A stretch of DNA of 64,000 bases, taken from NCBI GenBank assembly GCA_947301965.1, contig CAMYUM010000001.1, positions 190,731 to 254,730 of the forward strand, written 5' to 3'. Every line of letters begins with the position of its first letter. Position 1 is the stretch's first letter. The notes beneath the pieces are model-generated. The model did no database searches. It was not told the DNA's origin and worked only from the letters and a program-made list of their open reading frames with translations. This document shows positions 52,252-63,762 of the stretch, in pieces. The translations under genes and the position numbers were made by a program. This DNA is from an uncultured Azospirillum sp. (lineage in GTDB: Bacteria > Pseudomonadota > Alphaproteobacteria > RF32 > CAG-239).

Positions 52252-52392
52252 ATAATAAGCGGTATAGAATCGGGAAAAAGGGAGACGATTACGAAAAATT
52301 TCCGATATTGCAAAAATCGCTTGAAAATGAATCAATTCGTGCTAAATTAGGGGCGAAATTTTTTAATGCCCGTGCGGGGCGTTCCGCACTAA

Positions 52393-53421
<1,029 letters not shown>

Positions 53422-53494
53422 TTCCGATTGTTGCAAAATGAGACCGGCAGTAATCCTGCCGGTCTATGTTTAAAAAGATTAAAGGATAAATAAT

Positions 53495-54703
53495 ATGAAT
53501 TATAAAACTATTGATGATTTGGGCAATTTGCAGGGCAAAGTCGCTATGCTGCGTGCTGATTTGAATGTGCCGATGAGTGAGGATTTTAAGGTTACAAATA
53601 CCGCCCGTATTGATCGTACGGTTCCGACAATCAAAGAATTGATGAGCAAAGGGGCAAAAGTAGTTGTGATTTCGCACTTCGGCCGTCCGGAAGGCAAAGG
53701 CGACATGAAAAACTCCCTACAACATATTGTCGGTGATTTGCAGAGGGCCTTAGGCAAAAAAGTTGTGTTTGTTGACGATTGTATCGGTGAAAAAGTCAGC
53801 GCCGCTGTTGCCAAAATGAGCAATGACGAAGTTTTGTTGCTTGAAAATCTACGTTTTTATGACGAGGAAAAGAAAGGCAATGAAGATTTTGCCAGAGAGT
53901 TGGTTAAACCGGCAGATGTTTATGTTTCAGACGCTTTTTCAACTGCTCACCGCGCCCATGCATCAATGGTTGCTGCCGTAAAAGAACGCCCTTCGGCAAT
54001 GGGTCGTTTGATGGAAGAGGAAGTTAAGGCTCTTGAGGGAGCTTTATCAAACCCAACTCGCCCGTTGATTGCGATTGTTGGTGGTTCAAAGGTTTCTACC
54101 AAATTGGATTTGCTTAATAATTTGGTTAAGAAAGTTGATAAGTTGGTTATTTCCGGTGGTATGGCTCATACTTTTATGAAAGCCAGCGGAATTGACGCCG
54201 TCAATGAGACAAATTCTTTGGTGCAAATGGATATGATTGATACCGCAAAAGAAATTATGTCCGTTGCAAAAGCTAATAACTGCGAAATTGTTCTTCCGGA
54301 TGATGTGGTTGTTGCTAAAGAGTTTGCGGTTAATGCCGAACATAAAACCGTCGGAGTGAATGAAATTCCGACAGATGGCGGTCATTTGCTTGATGTCGGC
54401 GAAAAAACCATTGCTTCAATCAACGCTAAACTTGATGAGTGCAAAACTCTGGTTTGGAACGGACCGCTCGGCGTGTTTGAGATGAAACCGTTCGACAATG
54501 CCACCAACAAAGTTGCTCAACATGCGGCAGAATTGACATCCGCCGGAAAACTTATGTCAGTAGCCGGTGGCGGTGATACGGTCTCGGCTTTGGAAAATGC
54601 CGGCGTGGCCAATAAATTTTCCTACATTTCCACTGCAGGCGGAGCTTTTCTGGAGTGGATGGAGGGGAAGGAGTTGCCCGGAGTTGCCGTATTAAAAAAA
54701 TAA
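53495..54703 (+). CDS. pgk: phosphoglycerate kinase
   Basis: 402 aa; canonical PGK. Confidence 0.9.
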   Translation: MNYKTIDDLGNLQGKVAMLRADLNVPMSEDFKVTNTARIDRTVPTIKELMSKGAKVVVISHFGRPEGKGDMKNSLQHIVGDLQRALGKKVVFVDDCIGEKVSAAVAKMSNDEVLLLENLRFYDEEKKGNEDFARELVKPADVYVSDAFSTAHRAHASMVAAVKERPSAMGRLMEEEVKALEGALSNPTRPLIAIVGGSKVSTKLDLLNNLVKKVDKLVISGGMAHTFMKASGIDAVNETNSLVQMDMIDTAKEIMSVAKANNCEIVLPDDVVVAKEFAVNAEHKTVGVNEIPTDGGHLLDVGEKTIASINAKLDECKTLVWNGPLGVFEMKPFDNATNKVAQHAAELTSAGKLMSVAGGGDTVSALENAGVANKFSYISTAGGAFLEWMEGKELPGVAVLKK

Positions 54704-54968
54704 AACTCGTATAACGGTCAACTAATACAGAAACTTCATCAGCCGGTTCGGTCATGTACGTCTATGTACACTCCTCGCCGGCTGATTTGTTTCTTATTAT
54801 TTGACTCGTTCTCCGAGTTTTTTAAGCATTAAACAAGAGGAAAAATTCATGTACTACTGGTTACACTAAAATTTTTCCTCTTTTTATTTTGACTTTATCT
54901 AAACGGTTCTTCGCGTCTTAAGCTAAAGTGTTTCTTATTATTTGCCTCGTTCTTCGAGTTTTCTCGGC
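54704..54968. repeat. structured intergenic repeat element, copy 2 (starts at pgk stop)
   Basis: AACTCGTATAACGGTCAACTAATACAgAAACTTCATCAGCCGG…CCGGCTGATTTG is shared with copy 1. It also has two TTATTATTTG[AC]CTCGTTCT[CT]CGAGTTTT modules. The middle hairpin has a different sequence (AAGAGGAAAAATT…AATTTTTCCTCTT) but the same position and shape. Confidence 0.8.
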
Positions 54969-54981
54969 ACATATTTATAAA

Positions 54982-55016
54982 AAAAGCACCGTGTTTGGAC
55001 GGTGCTTTTTTTGAAC
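54982..55016. terminator. bidirectional terminator between repeat copy 2 and eno
   Basis: aaaaaaagcaccgtgtttggacggtgctttttttg. Confidence 0.6.
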
Positions 55017-55030
55017 ATTATCTTGAAAGA

Positions 55031-56335
<1,305 letters not shown>

Positions 56336-56472
56336 CTAGAATAGTAGTCTGCCATTTTGGGAGATTTGTCAATAGCCGCATTTAGTTTTTGTTAAAACTT
56401 TGCAAAAAATATTTGCTCTAACTATAAGAAGTATCTAAAATTTTTGGTGTAATAACCCGAAAGGAGCAGAAA

Positions 56473-56928
56473 ATGTTTTCGGATAAATGGCATCATCGTT
56501 TTATGGAAGTGGCAAAATTGATTGCCAGTTGGTCAAAAGACACCAGCACCAAAACCGGTGCAGTGGTAGTCGGACCGGATAGAGAAATAAGGGCTACCGG
56601 CTATAACGGACTGGTTCGCGGAGTTGACGACAATATTCCCGAAAGATTGGAAAGACCGACCAAGTATGATTTTTTTGAGCATGCGGAACGTAATGCTATA
56701 TATAATGCCTGCTTGACCGGAACCAGTTTGAAAGGCTGTGTGCTTTATGCGACTCATCCGCCGTGCACCGATTGTGCGCGTGCAATTATTCAGGCCGGAA
56801 TTAAGATGGTGGTTACCAATGAGATGAAAATTGACGGCAACACCCCCAGCGGCACATGGCGTGACAAATTATGCTATTCCGAGCAGATGTTTCAAGAAGC
56901 CGGTGTTGAGTATAAGGTATTAAAGTAG
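56473..56928 (+). CDS. dCMP (deoxycytidylate) deaminase, ComEB-like
   Basis: HAERNAI…PCTDCARAI zinc motif of the CMP/dCMP deaminase family; 151 aa. Confidence 0.65.
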   Translation: MFSDKWHHRFMEVAKLIASWSKDTSTKTGAVVVGPDREIRATGYNGLVRGVDDNIPERLERPTKYDFFEHAERNAIYNACLTGTSLKGCVLYATHPPCTDCARAIIQAGIKMVVTNEMKIDGNTPSGTWRDKLCYSEQMFQEAGVEYKVLK

Positions 56929-56931
56929 ATA

Positions 56932-57465
56932 TTACCATTTTTCCCAGTGAATTTTTTCGGGTTTGTAGCGGTCTTGGGGCTGTATTGGAGTTTCGGCGGG
57001 GTAACCCATAATGATAATGGCAATCGGTCTAATGTGCTGGGGTAAATCTAAAAGTTCACGTAATCCGTCAATAACCAACGGCATGGGAGATGCTCCGCAA
57101 AAACAGGAGCCGATGCCTTTGGCATGAGCAGCAAGCATAAGGTTTTCGGCGGCCAAAGAGCAATCTATATCGGCATAGTCCCATTTTTCACCGTCTTTGT
57201 TGCGGCTGAATGTTTGTTCGGTGTCGCCGCAGACAATAATTGCACATGCTGCTTCGTCGGCAAAAGAGGTCCAGCGTTGGACCGAGCGAAGGGAACTCAA
57301 GGCGTTGCGGTCTTCAATAACCAAAAATTCCCACGGCTGTTTGTTATGAGCTGAAGGAGCATGTTGTGCAGCTTTGATTATGTCTTCAATATCCTGATGA
57401 GAGATTTTTTGGTTTTTATATTTACGAACAGAACGTCGTGTCAGAAGTCCCTGATATAATTCCAT
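56932..57465 (-). CDS. nitroreductase-family protein
   Basis: LTRRSVRKY…PSAHNKQPWEF nitroreductase N-terminal motif; 177 aa. Confidence 0.6.
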   Translation of the reverse strand: MELYQGLLTRRSVRKYKNQKISHQDIEDIIKAAQHAPSAHNKQPWEFLVIEDRNALSSLRSVQRWTSFADEAACAIIVCGDTEQTFSRNKDGEKWDYADIDCSLAAENLMLAAHAKGIGSCFCGASPMPLVIDGLRELLDLPQHIRPIAIIIMGYPAETPIQPQDRYKPEKIHWEKW

Positions 57466-57474
57466 GTTTTACTC

Positions 57475-58080
57475 CTAATTTGTTTTTGATTGTATTTTTT
57501 CAAAGCGTGGTAAGACATAGTTTTCAATTATAAAAGCAATTGAACGGTTGACCATTTTGTCGGTATGACTGATTGTTTTAACCAAATTATCAAACTCGGA
57601 TTTTTGAGGATTACGATTGGCAAGCTGTCCGTAAAGTGTGGCCAAATCGGAAAGAGAATCGAGAATTTGGGCAATATAATTAGGACATTTTATATTTTCG
57701 CGGCCGCCCCAAAAGCCTTCAAGCCAGCCGTTTTCTACCAATTCACGCCGTTCAATGCAGGTCGAAACAATATCTTTATCGGTTTTAATTTTGAACGGGG
57801 AAAGCTCAATTTTGTTGAGCTTTACTTGTTCAAATATGTCGTCCCAAAGTCCCATAAAAAATTTGAAAAACAGTTCGGCCTCTTCTTTGGTCTGAAGGCG
57901 AGGCTGCTGATTTTGCGGCCACAGAGAAGATATGACATCAGTAGGGCGCAGGTCAAGATTGGGACTGCATATGGCACCGGCAAAACGAAGTTTTATCAGC
58001 GCCAATTTGGCGGGGCATTGGTAGTGTTCAAGCAATTTTGTGAATTTATCATCACCAATATATTTATTTTGGCTTTGCAT
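57475..58080 (-). CDS. hypothetical protein (201 aa), co-oriented with nitroreductase
   Basis: Clean ORF 9 nt upstream of the nitroreductase gene; no family recognised. Confidence 0.45.
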   Translation of the reverse strand: MQSQNKYIGDDKFTKLLEHYQCPAKLALIKLRFAGAICSPNLDLRPTDVISSLWPQNQQPRLQTKEEAELFFKFFMGLWDDIFEQVKLNKIELSPFKIKTDKDIVSTCIERRELVENGWLEGFWGGRENIKCPNYIAQILDSLSDLATLYGQLANRNPQKSEFDNLVKTISHTDKMVNRSIAFIIENYVLPRFEKIQSKTN

Positions 58081-58125
58081 TTTTTACTTCTTCATATTAA
58101 ATTGTTAGGCAGTATTTTTAATGTA

Positions 58126-58455
58126 ATGGAGATTTTAAAATTGTCTAGGGTAAAAATGGTCGTTTTGTGTATGCTGTTGTTTGCGCTTGGAGCTTGTTCT
58201 CTGACGGAGCCTTTCGTGGATCGACGACGAGAGGCGGGAAGACCAAAGGACAATTTGTATGTCGGAAGTTCAAAGCCTGATGCACCGGTGGTATGTTATA
58301 ACGGTTTAATAACCAAGTTTGATGAGGTGCAAAAGATGGCTGATGCCGAATGTGTCAAGCATGATACGGGAATATCGGCAAGGCTTGATGATGAAGAAAT
58401 TTTTGCGTGCCGAATTATAACTCCGACAAAAGCTAAATTTCAATGTGTAAGATAA
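58126..58455 (+). CDS. small Cys-containing lipoprotein (~109 aa)
   Basis: MEILKLSRVKMVVLCMLLFALGACS (lipobox LGAC). Four more Cys in the mature part. This is the 3' portion of track ORF 57565..58455, whose 5' part overlaps the minus-strand gene and is rejected. Alternative start ATG at ~58156. Confidence 0.5.
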   Translation: MEILKLSRVKMVVLCMLLFALGACSLTEPFVDRRREAGRPKDNLYVGSSKPDAPVVCYNGLITKFDEVQKMADAECVKHDTGISARLDDEEIFACRIITPTKAKFQCVR

Positions 58456-58465
58456 AAAGAGAAGA

Positions 58466-60199
58466 ATGATGACTTGTGTTTTAGATGAAAAAATAAATAA
58501 AAAGTTAGAAAAAGTTTTTAATGAATTAGGGTTTGATAGCAAATATGCAACAGTAAAGAATTCGGATCGTCCGGATTTAAGTGATTTTCAGTGTAACGGG
58601 GCTCTGGCGTTGGCAAAAATTGAAAAAAAGAACCCTCGTCAAATCGGTGAAATGATTGCGGCAAAACTGTCTGAGGATGCTGATTTTGCAAAGGTTTCCG
58701 TTGACGGACCGGGCTTTTTGAACATAACGCTGAAAGATGAAACCATAGCGGCCTTGATGGACGAGATTGCGCAAGACGAACGTTTCGGCTGTGCCAAAGT
58801 TGCAACTCCGAAGACCATAGTTATGGATTACGGCGGGCCGAATGTGGCAAAAGAAATGCATGTCGGGCATTTGCGCTCGGGAGTTATCGGCGAATCGATG
58901 CGCAGAATCGAGGAATTTGTCGGAAATAAGCCGATTTCAGATGTGCATTTCGGAGATTGGGGAACGCCAATCGGTATGATTTTGGCGGAAGTTATTGCTC
59001 ATGACGGCAATCTCAATAAGATGGAAAGCTATGATATTGCCGAAATTACCGCTTTTTATAAAAAAGCTAATATTCGTTGCAAGGAAGATGAAAAAGCTAA
59101 AGAGACAGCGAGAATTATTACGGCTAAATTTCAAGACGGAGATGCCGAATATACAAAAGCATGGAAGCATATCCGCAAAGTTTCGGTAGATGCGGTTAAG
59201 GAAAATTATAAAGAATTGGGTGTGCATTTTGATTTGTGGCTAGGCGAATCTGATGCGCATAAAACTTGTTTTGAAATCAAAAAGATTGCGGAAGAAAAGG
59301 GGCTTTTGGAGTTTGATGACGGGGCGTATATTATCCGCCTTGATGAAGGAAACAAGCCTAAACCGCCGGTTATTATCGAGAAATCGGACGGAGGATTTAC
59401 TTATCAGGCAACCGATATTGCGACTATCAAAATGAGAGTTGATGACTTGAAAGCTGACGAAATTGTTTATTTTGTAGATAAGCGGCAGTCATTGCATTTT
59501 GAGCAGGTTTTTGAAACGGTGGAAAAACTAGGAATTGCGCCGAATGTAAAACTGTTGCATATCGGATTTGGAACGGTAAACGGAGCTGACGGAAAACCGT
59601 TTAAGACTCGCGACGGCGGAGTGATGAATCTGTCGGATATGATTAAAATGTCAAAAGAAAAAGTTGCAGAGTCAATGCCAAAGGCGGGAGCAGAAAGCGG
59701 TTTTAGTCAAGAGGAGCTTGACAGACTGATTTCACAAGTGGCAGTCGGAGCCATAAAGTTTCAGGATTTGAAAAACAATATTGCTTCGGGCTATATTTTT
59801 GAATTGGATGATTTTGCTAATTTTGAAGGTAAAACCGGTCCGTATATACAATATGCGGTGGCAAGAATTAATTCGGTAATGCGTAAAAATGCCGAAATTA
59901 AGCCGGGCAAAATTGTGATTACGAATCAGGAAGAAAGAAATTTGGCGTTGAAAATCGCACAGTTGAGTAATGTGGTTATGCGTTGTGAGGCAGAAAAAGA
60001 GCCGAGTATCATTTCTGATTATGTATATAATTTGGCACAGGCTTTCAGCAGTTTTTATAATACATCGCCGATTAAAGGAGCCGAAAATGCTCAAATAGCG
60101 GGTTCTCGCGCGGCATTAGCAAAATTGACCCGCGATATATTGATAAAACTTTTATATCTTTTAGGAATCGAAGCACCGGAAGTTATGCCCAAGGCATAG
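58466..60199 (+). CDS. argS: arginine--tRNA ligase
   Basis: 577 aa; HVGHLRSGVIGES (HIGH-type) motif and ArgRS anticodon-binding C-terminus. Confidence 0.88.
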   Translation: MMTCVLDEKINKKLEKVFNELGFDSKYATVKNSDRPDLSDFQCNGALALAKIEKKNPRQIGEMIAAKLSEDADFAKVSVDGPGFLNITLKDETIAALMDEIAQDERFGCAKVATPKTIVMDYGGPNVAKEMHVGHLRSGVIGESMRRIEEFVGNKPISDVHFGDWGTPIGMILAEVIAHDGNLNKMESYDIAEITAFYKKANIRCKEDEKAKETARIITAKFQDGDAEYTKAWKHIRKVSVDAVKENYKELGVHFDLWLGESDAHKTCFEIKKIAEEKGLLEFDDGAYIIRLDEGNKPKPPVIIEKSDGGFTYQATDIATIKMRVDDLKADEIVYFVDKRQSLHFEQVFETVEKLGIAPNVKLLHIGFGTVNGADGKPFKTRDGGVMNLSDMIKMSKEKVAESMPKAGAESGFSQEELDRLISQVAVGAIKFQDLKNNIASGYIFELDDFANFEGKTGPYIQYAVARINSVMRKNAEIKPGKIVITNQEERNLALKIAQLSNVVMRCEAEKEPSIISDYVYNLAQAFSSFYNTSPIKGAENAQIAGSRAALAKLTRDILIKLLYLLGIEAPEVMPKA

Positions 60200-60258
60200 G
60201 AAAAATATTTTATTAAGGCAGATATTATATTACTATAAGTCGGTATACTGAAGGAGAT

Positions 60259-60978
60259 ATGATGTTCGAAACGCAAGAAACAGAACCGATTATTGAGTTG
60301 GAAAAAGTCGGTATTCGCTACGGTCGGGGACCGGAAGTCTTGAGCAATATAGATTTATCATTACAGCGCGGATCTTTCCATTTTTTGACGGGAAAAAGCG
60401 GAGCCGGAAAAACATCATTGTTAAGCATGATGTATTTGTGGCAGAAACCGAGCCGCGGGCGTTTGAGTATTTTCGGAAATAATGTTAATTTTGCCAACCG
60501 TAATTCTTTGTCGTTGTTCAGACGCAGAATCGGTGTGGTATTTCAAGATTTCAGGCTGTTGGAACATGTTTCGGCGTTTGATAATGTTGCATTGCCGTTA
60601 AGAGTGAGCGGTATGAACGAAAAAGAAATCCGTAAACGTGTTAACGAATTGTTGAAATGGGTTGAAATTGACCGCAGCACTTCGGCAATAACCTCAACCC
60701 TTTCCGGTGGTGAAAAACAGCGCGTGGCGATTGCCCGAGCGGTAATAAACAGACCGGATATTTTGTTGGCTGATGAGCCGACGGGTAATGTCGATAATGA
60801 TATTGCTACGAAATTGATGAAGCTGTTTGTTGAGTTGAACAAGCTGGGTACAACGGTGGTAATTGCTACTCACAATGAAAATTTAATCAATGAATTTAAG
60901 TATCCGTGCATTTGTCTCAAAAACCATAATTTGACAATAGTTCCGGCGGGAGAAAGAAAAAATGATATGGAAATTTAA
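60259..60978 (+). CDS. ftsE: cell-division ATP-binding protein FtsE
   Basis: Walker A GKSGAGKTS, LSGGEKQR signature; precedes ftsX. Confidence 0.85.
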   Translation: MMFETQETEPIIELEKVGIRYGRGPEVLSNIDLSLQRGSFHFLTGKSGAGKTSLLSMMYLWQKPSRGRLSIFGNNVNFANRNSLSLFRRRIGVVFQDFRLLEHVSAFDNVALPLRVSGMNEKEIRKRVNELLKWVEIDRSTSAITSTLSGGEKQRVAIARAVINRPDILLADEPTGNVDNDIATKLMKLFVELNKLGTTVVIATHNENLINEFKYPCICLKNHNLTIVPAGERKNDMEI

Positions 60979-61876
60979 AAGTTCTCGTCATCAGGAATTG
61001 CCTTTGTCGAAAGATAGTTCAAATCTGTTTTTGAAAATTATGATTTCAATTTCAGTATTTTTGTTTGCGGTGACGTTGGCTGGAGTATTGGCGATTAATT
61101 CTATGTTGGTTAACTGGAATGCCAGCATTTTGGGTTCGTTGACGGTGCAAATTGTGCCGGTAAGCAATTCGGACCGCCAAAAGGCACACGAAGAAATGTT
61201 GGAACAGGAGCAAAGGGCGGTAGCATTATTGTCAGCGATGCCGGAAGCCAAAAAAGTTACAGCTTTAAGCGAAGATCAATTGCAACGTCTGTTGCGTCCG
61301 TGGCTGGGCGATGATGTCGATATAAACGAATTGCCGATGCCGAGGTTGATTGATGTTAGACTAAAATCAGGGGCTGAAATTAATTTTAAACAGTTGGCGG
61401 AAAAGCTGGCAACAGTGGCTCCACAAGCATCATTGGATAATCACAAATTGTGGTTGAATAAACTGATAAATTTTGCGGCAGGGTTAAAAGTTTTGGCACT
61501 GGCGGTTTTGTTATTGGTAATCGGTGTAACATCAGGGGCGATATTCTATACTACGCAAACCAGCTTGGGGCTGCACCGAGATGTGATTGAGATTTTGCAC
61601 ATTATGGGAGCAAAAGATACATATATTGCACAGCAATATGCCGGAAGAACCGCATGGTTGGGAGCAGTCGGCGGTATAATAGGAGTGGCATTGGCTGTGC
61701 CGGTTATATTTTTGATTGCTCACCTGGCTCATCAAATAGAAGGCGGGATTATTGATGAGGCTCGCTTATCAATGGGATCTTGGCTGGCAATAGTAAGTTT
61801 GCCGGTGTTTTCATCGTTGGTGGCAATGCAAACCGCTTATTATACCGTAAAACGTACTTTAGAAAGAATGATGTAG
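60962..61876 (+). CDS. ftsX: cell-division permease-like protein FtsX
   Basis: 304 aa; 4 TM segments; overlaps ftsE by 17 nt. Confidence 0.8.
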   Translation: MIWKFKSSRHQELPLSKDSSNLFLKIMISISVFLFAVTLAGVLAINSMLVNWNASILGSLTVQIVPVSNSDRQKAHEEMLEQEQRAVALLSAMPEAKKVTALSEDQLQRLLRPWLGDDVDINELPMPRLIDVRLKSGAEINFKQLAEKLATVAPQASLDNHKLWLNKLINFAAGLKVLALAVLLLVIGVTSGAIFYTTQTSLGLHRDVIEILHIMGAKDTYIAQQYAGRTAWLGAVGGIIGVALAVPVIFLIAHLAHQIEGGIIDEARLSMGSWLAIVSLPVFSSLVAMQTAYYTVKRTLERMM

Positions 61877-61879
61877 GTA

Positions 61880-62446
61880 ATGATTAAAAGACTTTTAGTT
61901 TTATTGTTAATTTTCTTTTTGATTTGGGTCATCGGGTTTGAAATCTTTGATTATCACATTAATCATTTTAAGCGCACAGATGATGACAAGGCCGATGCCA
62001 TCGTTGTTTTGACCGGAGGAAGAAATCGTCTGAAAGAGGCCGTAAAGTTATTAAACGCAAAACGGGCAGATCGACTTTTTGTATCAGGAGTTTTCAAAGG
62101 AACATCGCTGAAAGAATTACAGAACCGCGAAGATGTCGAAATTTTTGATTCGGAGCAGGTAACGCTGGATAAAAAGTCAACAAACACGGTTGAAAACGCT
62201 AGAGAAACAGCAGAGTGGATCAGGGAACGCGAAATTCATTCAATATATTTGGTGACATCAAATTATCATATGCCGAGAAGCATGGTTGAGTTTAAGTATT
62301 ATTGCCCGAAACTTAAAATTATTCCATATCCGGTTTATTCGGATAAGGTAGCGAGATTATGGTGGAAAAACTGGCATAGTTTTTCGTTGTTGATCAACGA
62401 ATATAATAAATTTTTGTATGTTTGGTTTTTTGACGGTGTATTTTAA
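61880..62446 (+). CDS. DUF218 (YdcF/SanA/ElyC-family) protein
   Basis: VLTGGRNRLKEAVKLL…NTVENARETAEWIR…YLVTSNYHMPRS motifs. Confidence 0.6.
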   Translation: MIKRLLVLLLIFFLIWVIGFEIFDYHINHFKRTDDDKADAIVVLTGGRNRLKEAVKLLNAKRADRLFVSGVFKGTSLKELQNREDVEIFDSEQVTLDKKSTNTVENARETAEWIREREIHSIYLVTSNYHMPRSMVEFKYYCPKLKIIPYPVYSDKVARLWWKNWHSFSLLINEYNKFLYVWFFDGVF

Positions 62447-63218
62447 AAAGGAGACTAAGATGTTGTTCATACGCTCATTGCTCAGCAATATTTGGATTTA
62501 TGGCGTAATCGGTTTCGGAGTGGTATTTTGCAGCATATTCGGCTGGTTTATGCCGCAAAAATGGCATGTTTTTTGGTGGGGACGTATGATGTGTCCGGCG
62601 GTTATGTGGGGCATGAGAGTTTTTGGCGGATTGAAAATTGAAGTGCGCGGCAAACAATATCTGAAGCAAAAGGCGATTTATGCGTGCAAACACGAATCGG
62701 CTGCAGAAACATATTTTTTGGCAGCAGTAGTCAATAAAGCAACTATGGTGTTGAAAAAAGAACTTACATATATTCCGTTTTTTGGCTGGGCGCAGGCAAT
62801 GTACGGGTGTATTGCGGTTGATCGTTCGGCTGGTGCGAGTGCAATGAAAAAAATGTTATCCAGTGCCAAAAAAGTAATGAGCACAGGGCGTCCGTTGGTT
62901 ATTTTTCCTGAGGGACACAGAGTTCCGGCAGGAACGGGTTTGAAATATAAACCCGGTTTTTTGTTTTTGGCACAGAATTTAAAATTACCGGTAGTTCCGG
63001 TAGCTTTGAACAGCGGTATGTTTTGGCCGCGCAGTTCATTTAGGCATATTCCGGGAAAAATTGTGGTCGAATTTTTGCCTCCGATTGAAGTTGGGGGAGA
63101 TAAAAATGAAAGCATTGAAAAAATTCAGAAATGCATTGAAGACAAATGTTATGAGTTGAATCAGGAAGCAATGCGTGACTATCCGGCATGTAAAGTTAAC
63201 TATTTCGGAAAAAATTAA
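62418..63218 (+). CDS. plsC: lysophospholipid (1-acyl-sn-glycerol-3-phosphate) acyltransferase
   Basis: CKHESAAE (HxxxxD-like with E) and VIFPEGHRV acyltransferase motifs; N-terminal TM. Start may be the ATG at ~62460 (MLFIRSLL). Confidence 0.6.
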   Translation: MFGFLTVYFKKETKMLFIRSLLSNIWIYGVIGFGVVFCSIFGWFMPQKWHVFWWGRMMCPAVMWGMRVFGGLKIEVRGKQYLKQKAIYACKHESAAETYFLAAVVNKATMVLKKELTYIPFFGWAQAMYGCIAVDRSAGASAMKKMLSSAKKVMSTGRPLVIFPEGHRVPAGTGLKYKPGFLFLAQNLKLPVVPVALNSGMFWPRSSFRHIPGKIVVEFLPPIEVGGDKNESIEKIQKCIEDKCYELNQEAMRDYPACKVNYFGKN

Positions 63219-63760
63219 TTTTCAAAAGTCAAAAACCAAAATTTGGCAATGCCGTAACGGCGCTCGTCAACGAGTTTGAGCGGTTGCGGAATTTCAATTT
63301 TTTCGTCGGCAGCGGTTTCGATTACACATATGCCGTCAGGTGCCAACCAGTTGTTTTTGAGTATTGATAACAAGGCTTGTTTGCTTAAGCCTTTGTGATA
63401 TGGTGCGTCCATGAAAATGATATCAAACACCTGTTTCGGGCGTGGTAGTGATGCGGCATCGGCGCGTATCAGAGTTATTTTGTCTTTTTCGTTGGGAAAA
63501 AGAGCAACATTTTTTGCGGCGGAGGCGGTATCTATATCAATTAAGGCAACACTTCGGGCGCCGCGGGATACGGCTTCAAGTCCGAAAGCACCGCTACCGG
63601 TGAAAATATCGGCGAGATTGATTTGATCCCAGGGTTTGTTGAGTTTTGAATATAAAATATTAAAAACGGACTCACGGGCTTTGTCCGAAGTCGGGCGAAT
63701 GTCATCGGTTTTGGGAGATAGAAGGTTTTTACCTCGATATGTTCCGCCGATAATTCTCAT
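63215..63760 (-). CDS. rsmD: 16S rRNA (guanine966-N2)-methyltransferase RsmD
   Basis: MRIIGGTYRGKNL…FMDAPY (DPPY-variant) motifs. Confidence 0.75.
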   Translation of the reverse strand: MRIIGGTYRGKNLLSPKTDDIRPTSDKARESVFNILYSKLNKPWDQINLADIFTGSGAFGLEAVSRGARSVALIDIDTASAAKNVALFPNEKDKITLIRADAASLPRPKQVFDIIFMDAPYHKGLSKQALLSILKNNWLAPDGICVIETAADEKIEIPQPLKLVDERRYGIAKFWFLTFEN

Positions 63761-63762
63761 AG

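Noticed and set aside
57565-58125. 5' two-thirds of the 296-aa plus-strand ORF 57565..58455
   Set aside because: It overlaps the better-supported minus-strand 201-aa gene over its whole length and has a low-complexity translation. Only the 3' part from ~58126, with its lipoprotein signal peptide, is kept.
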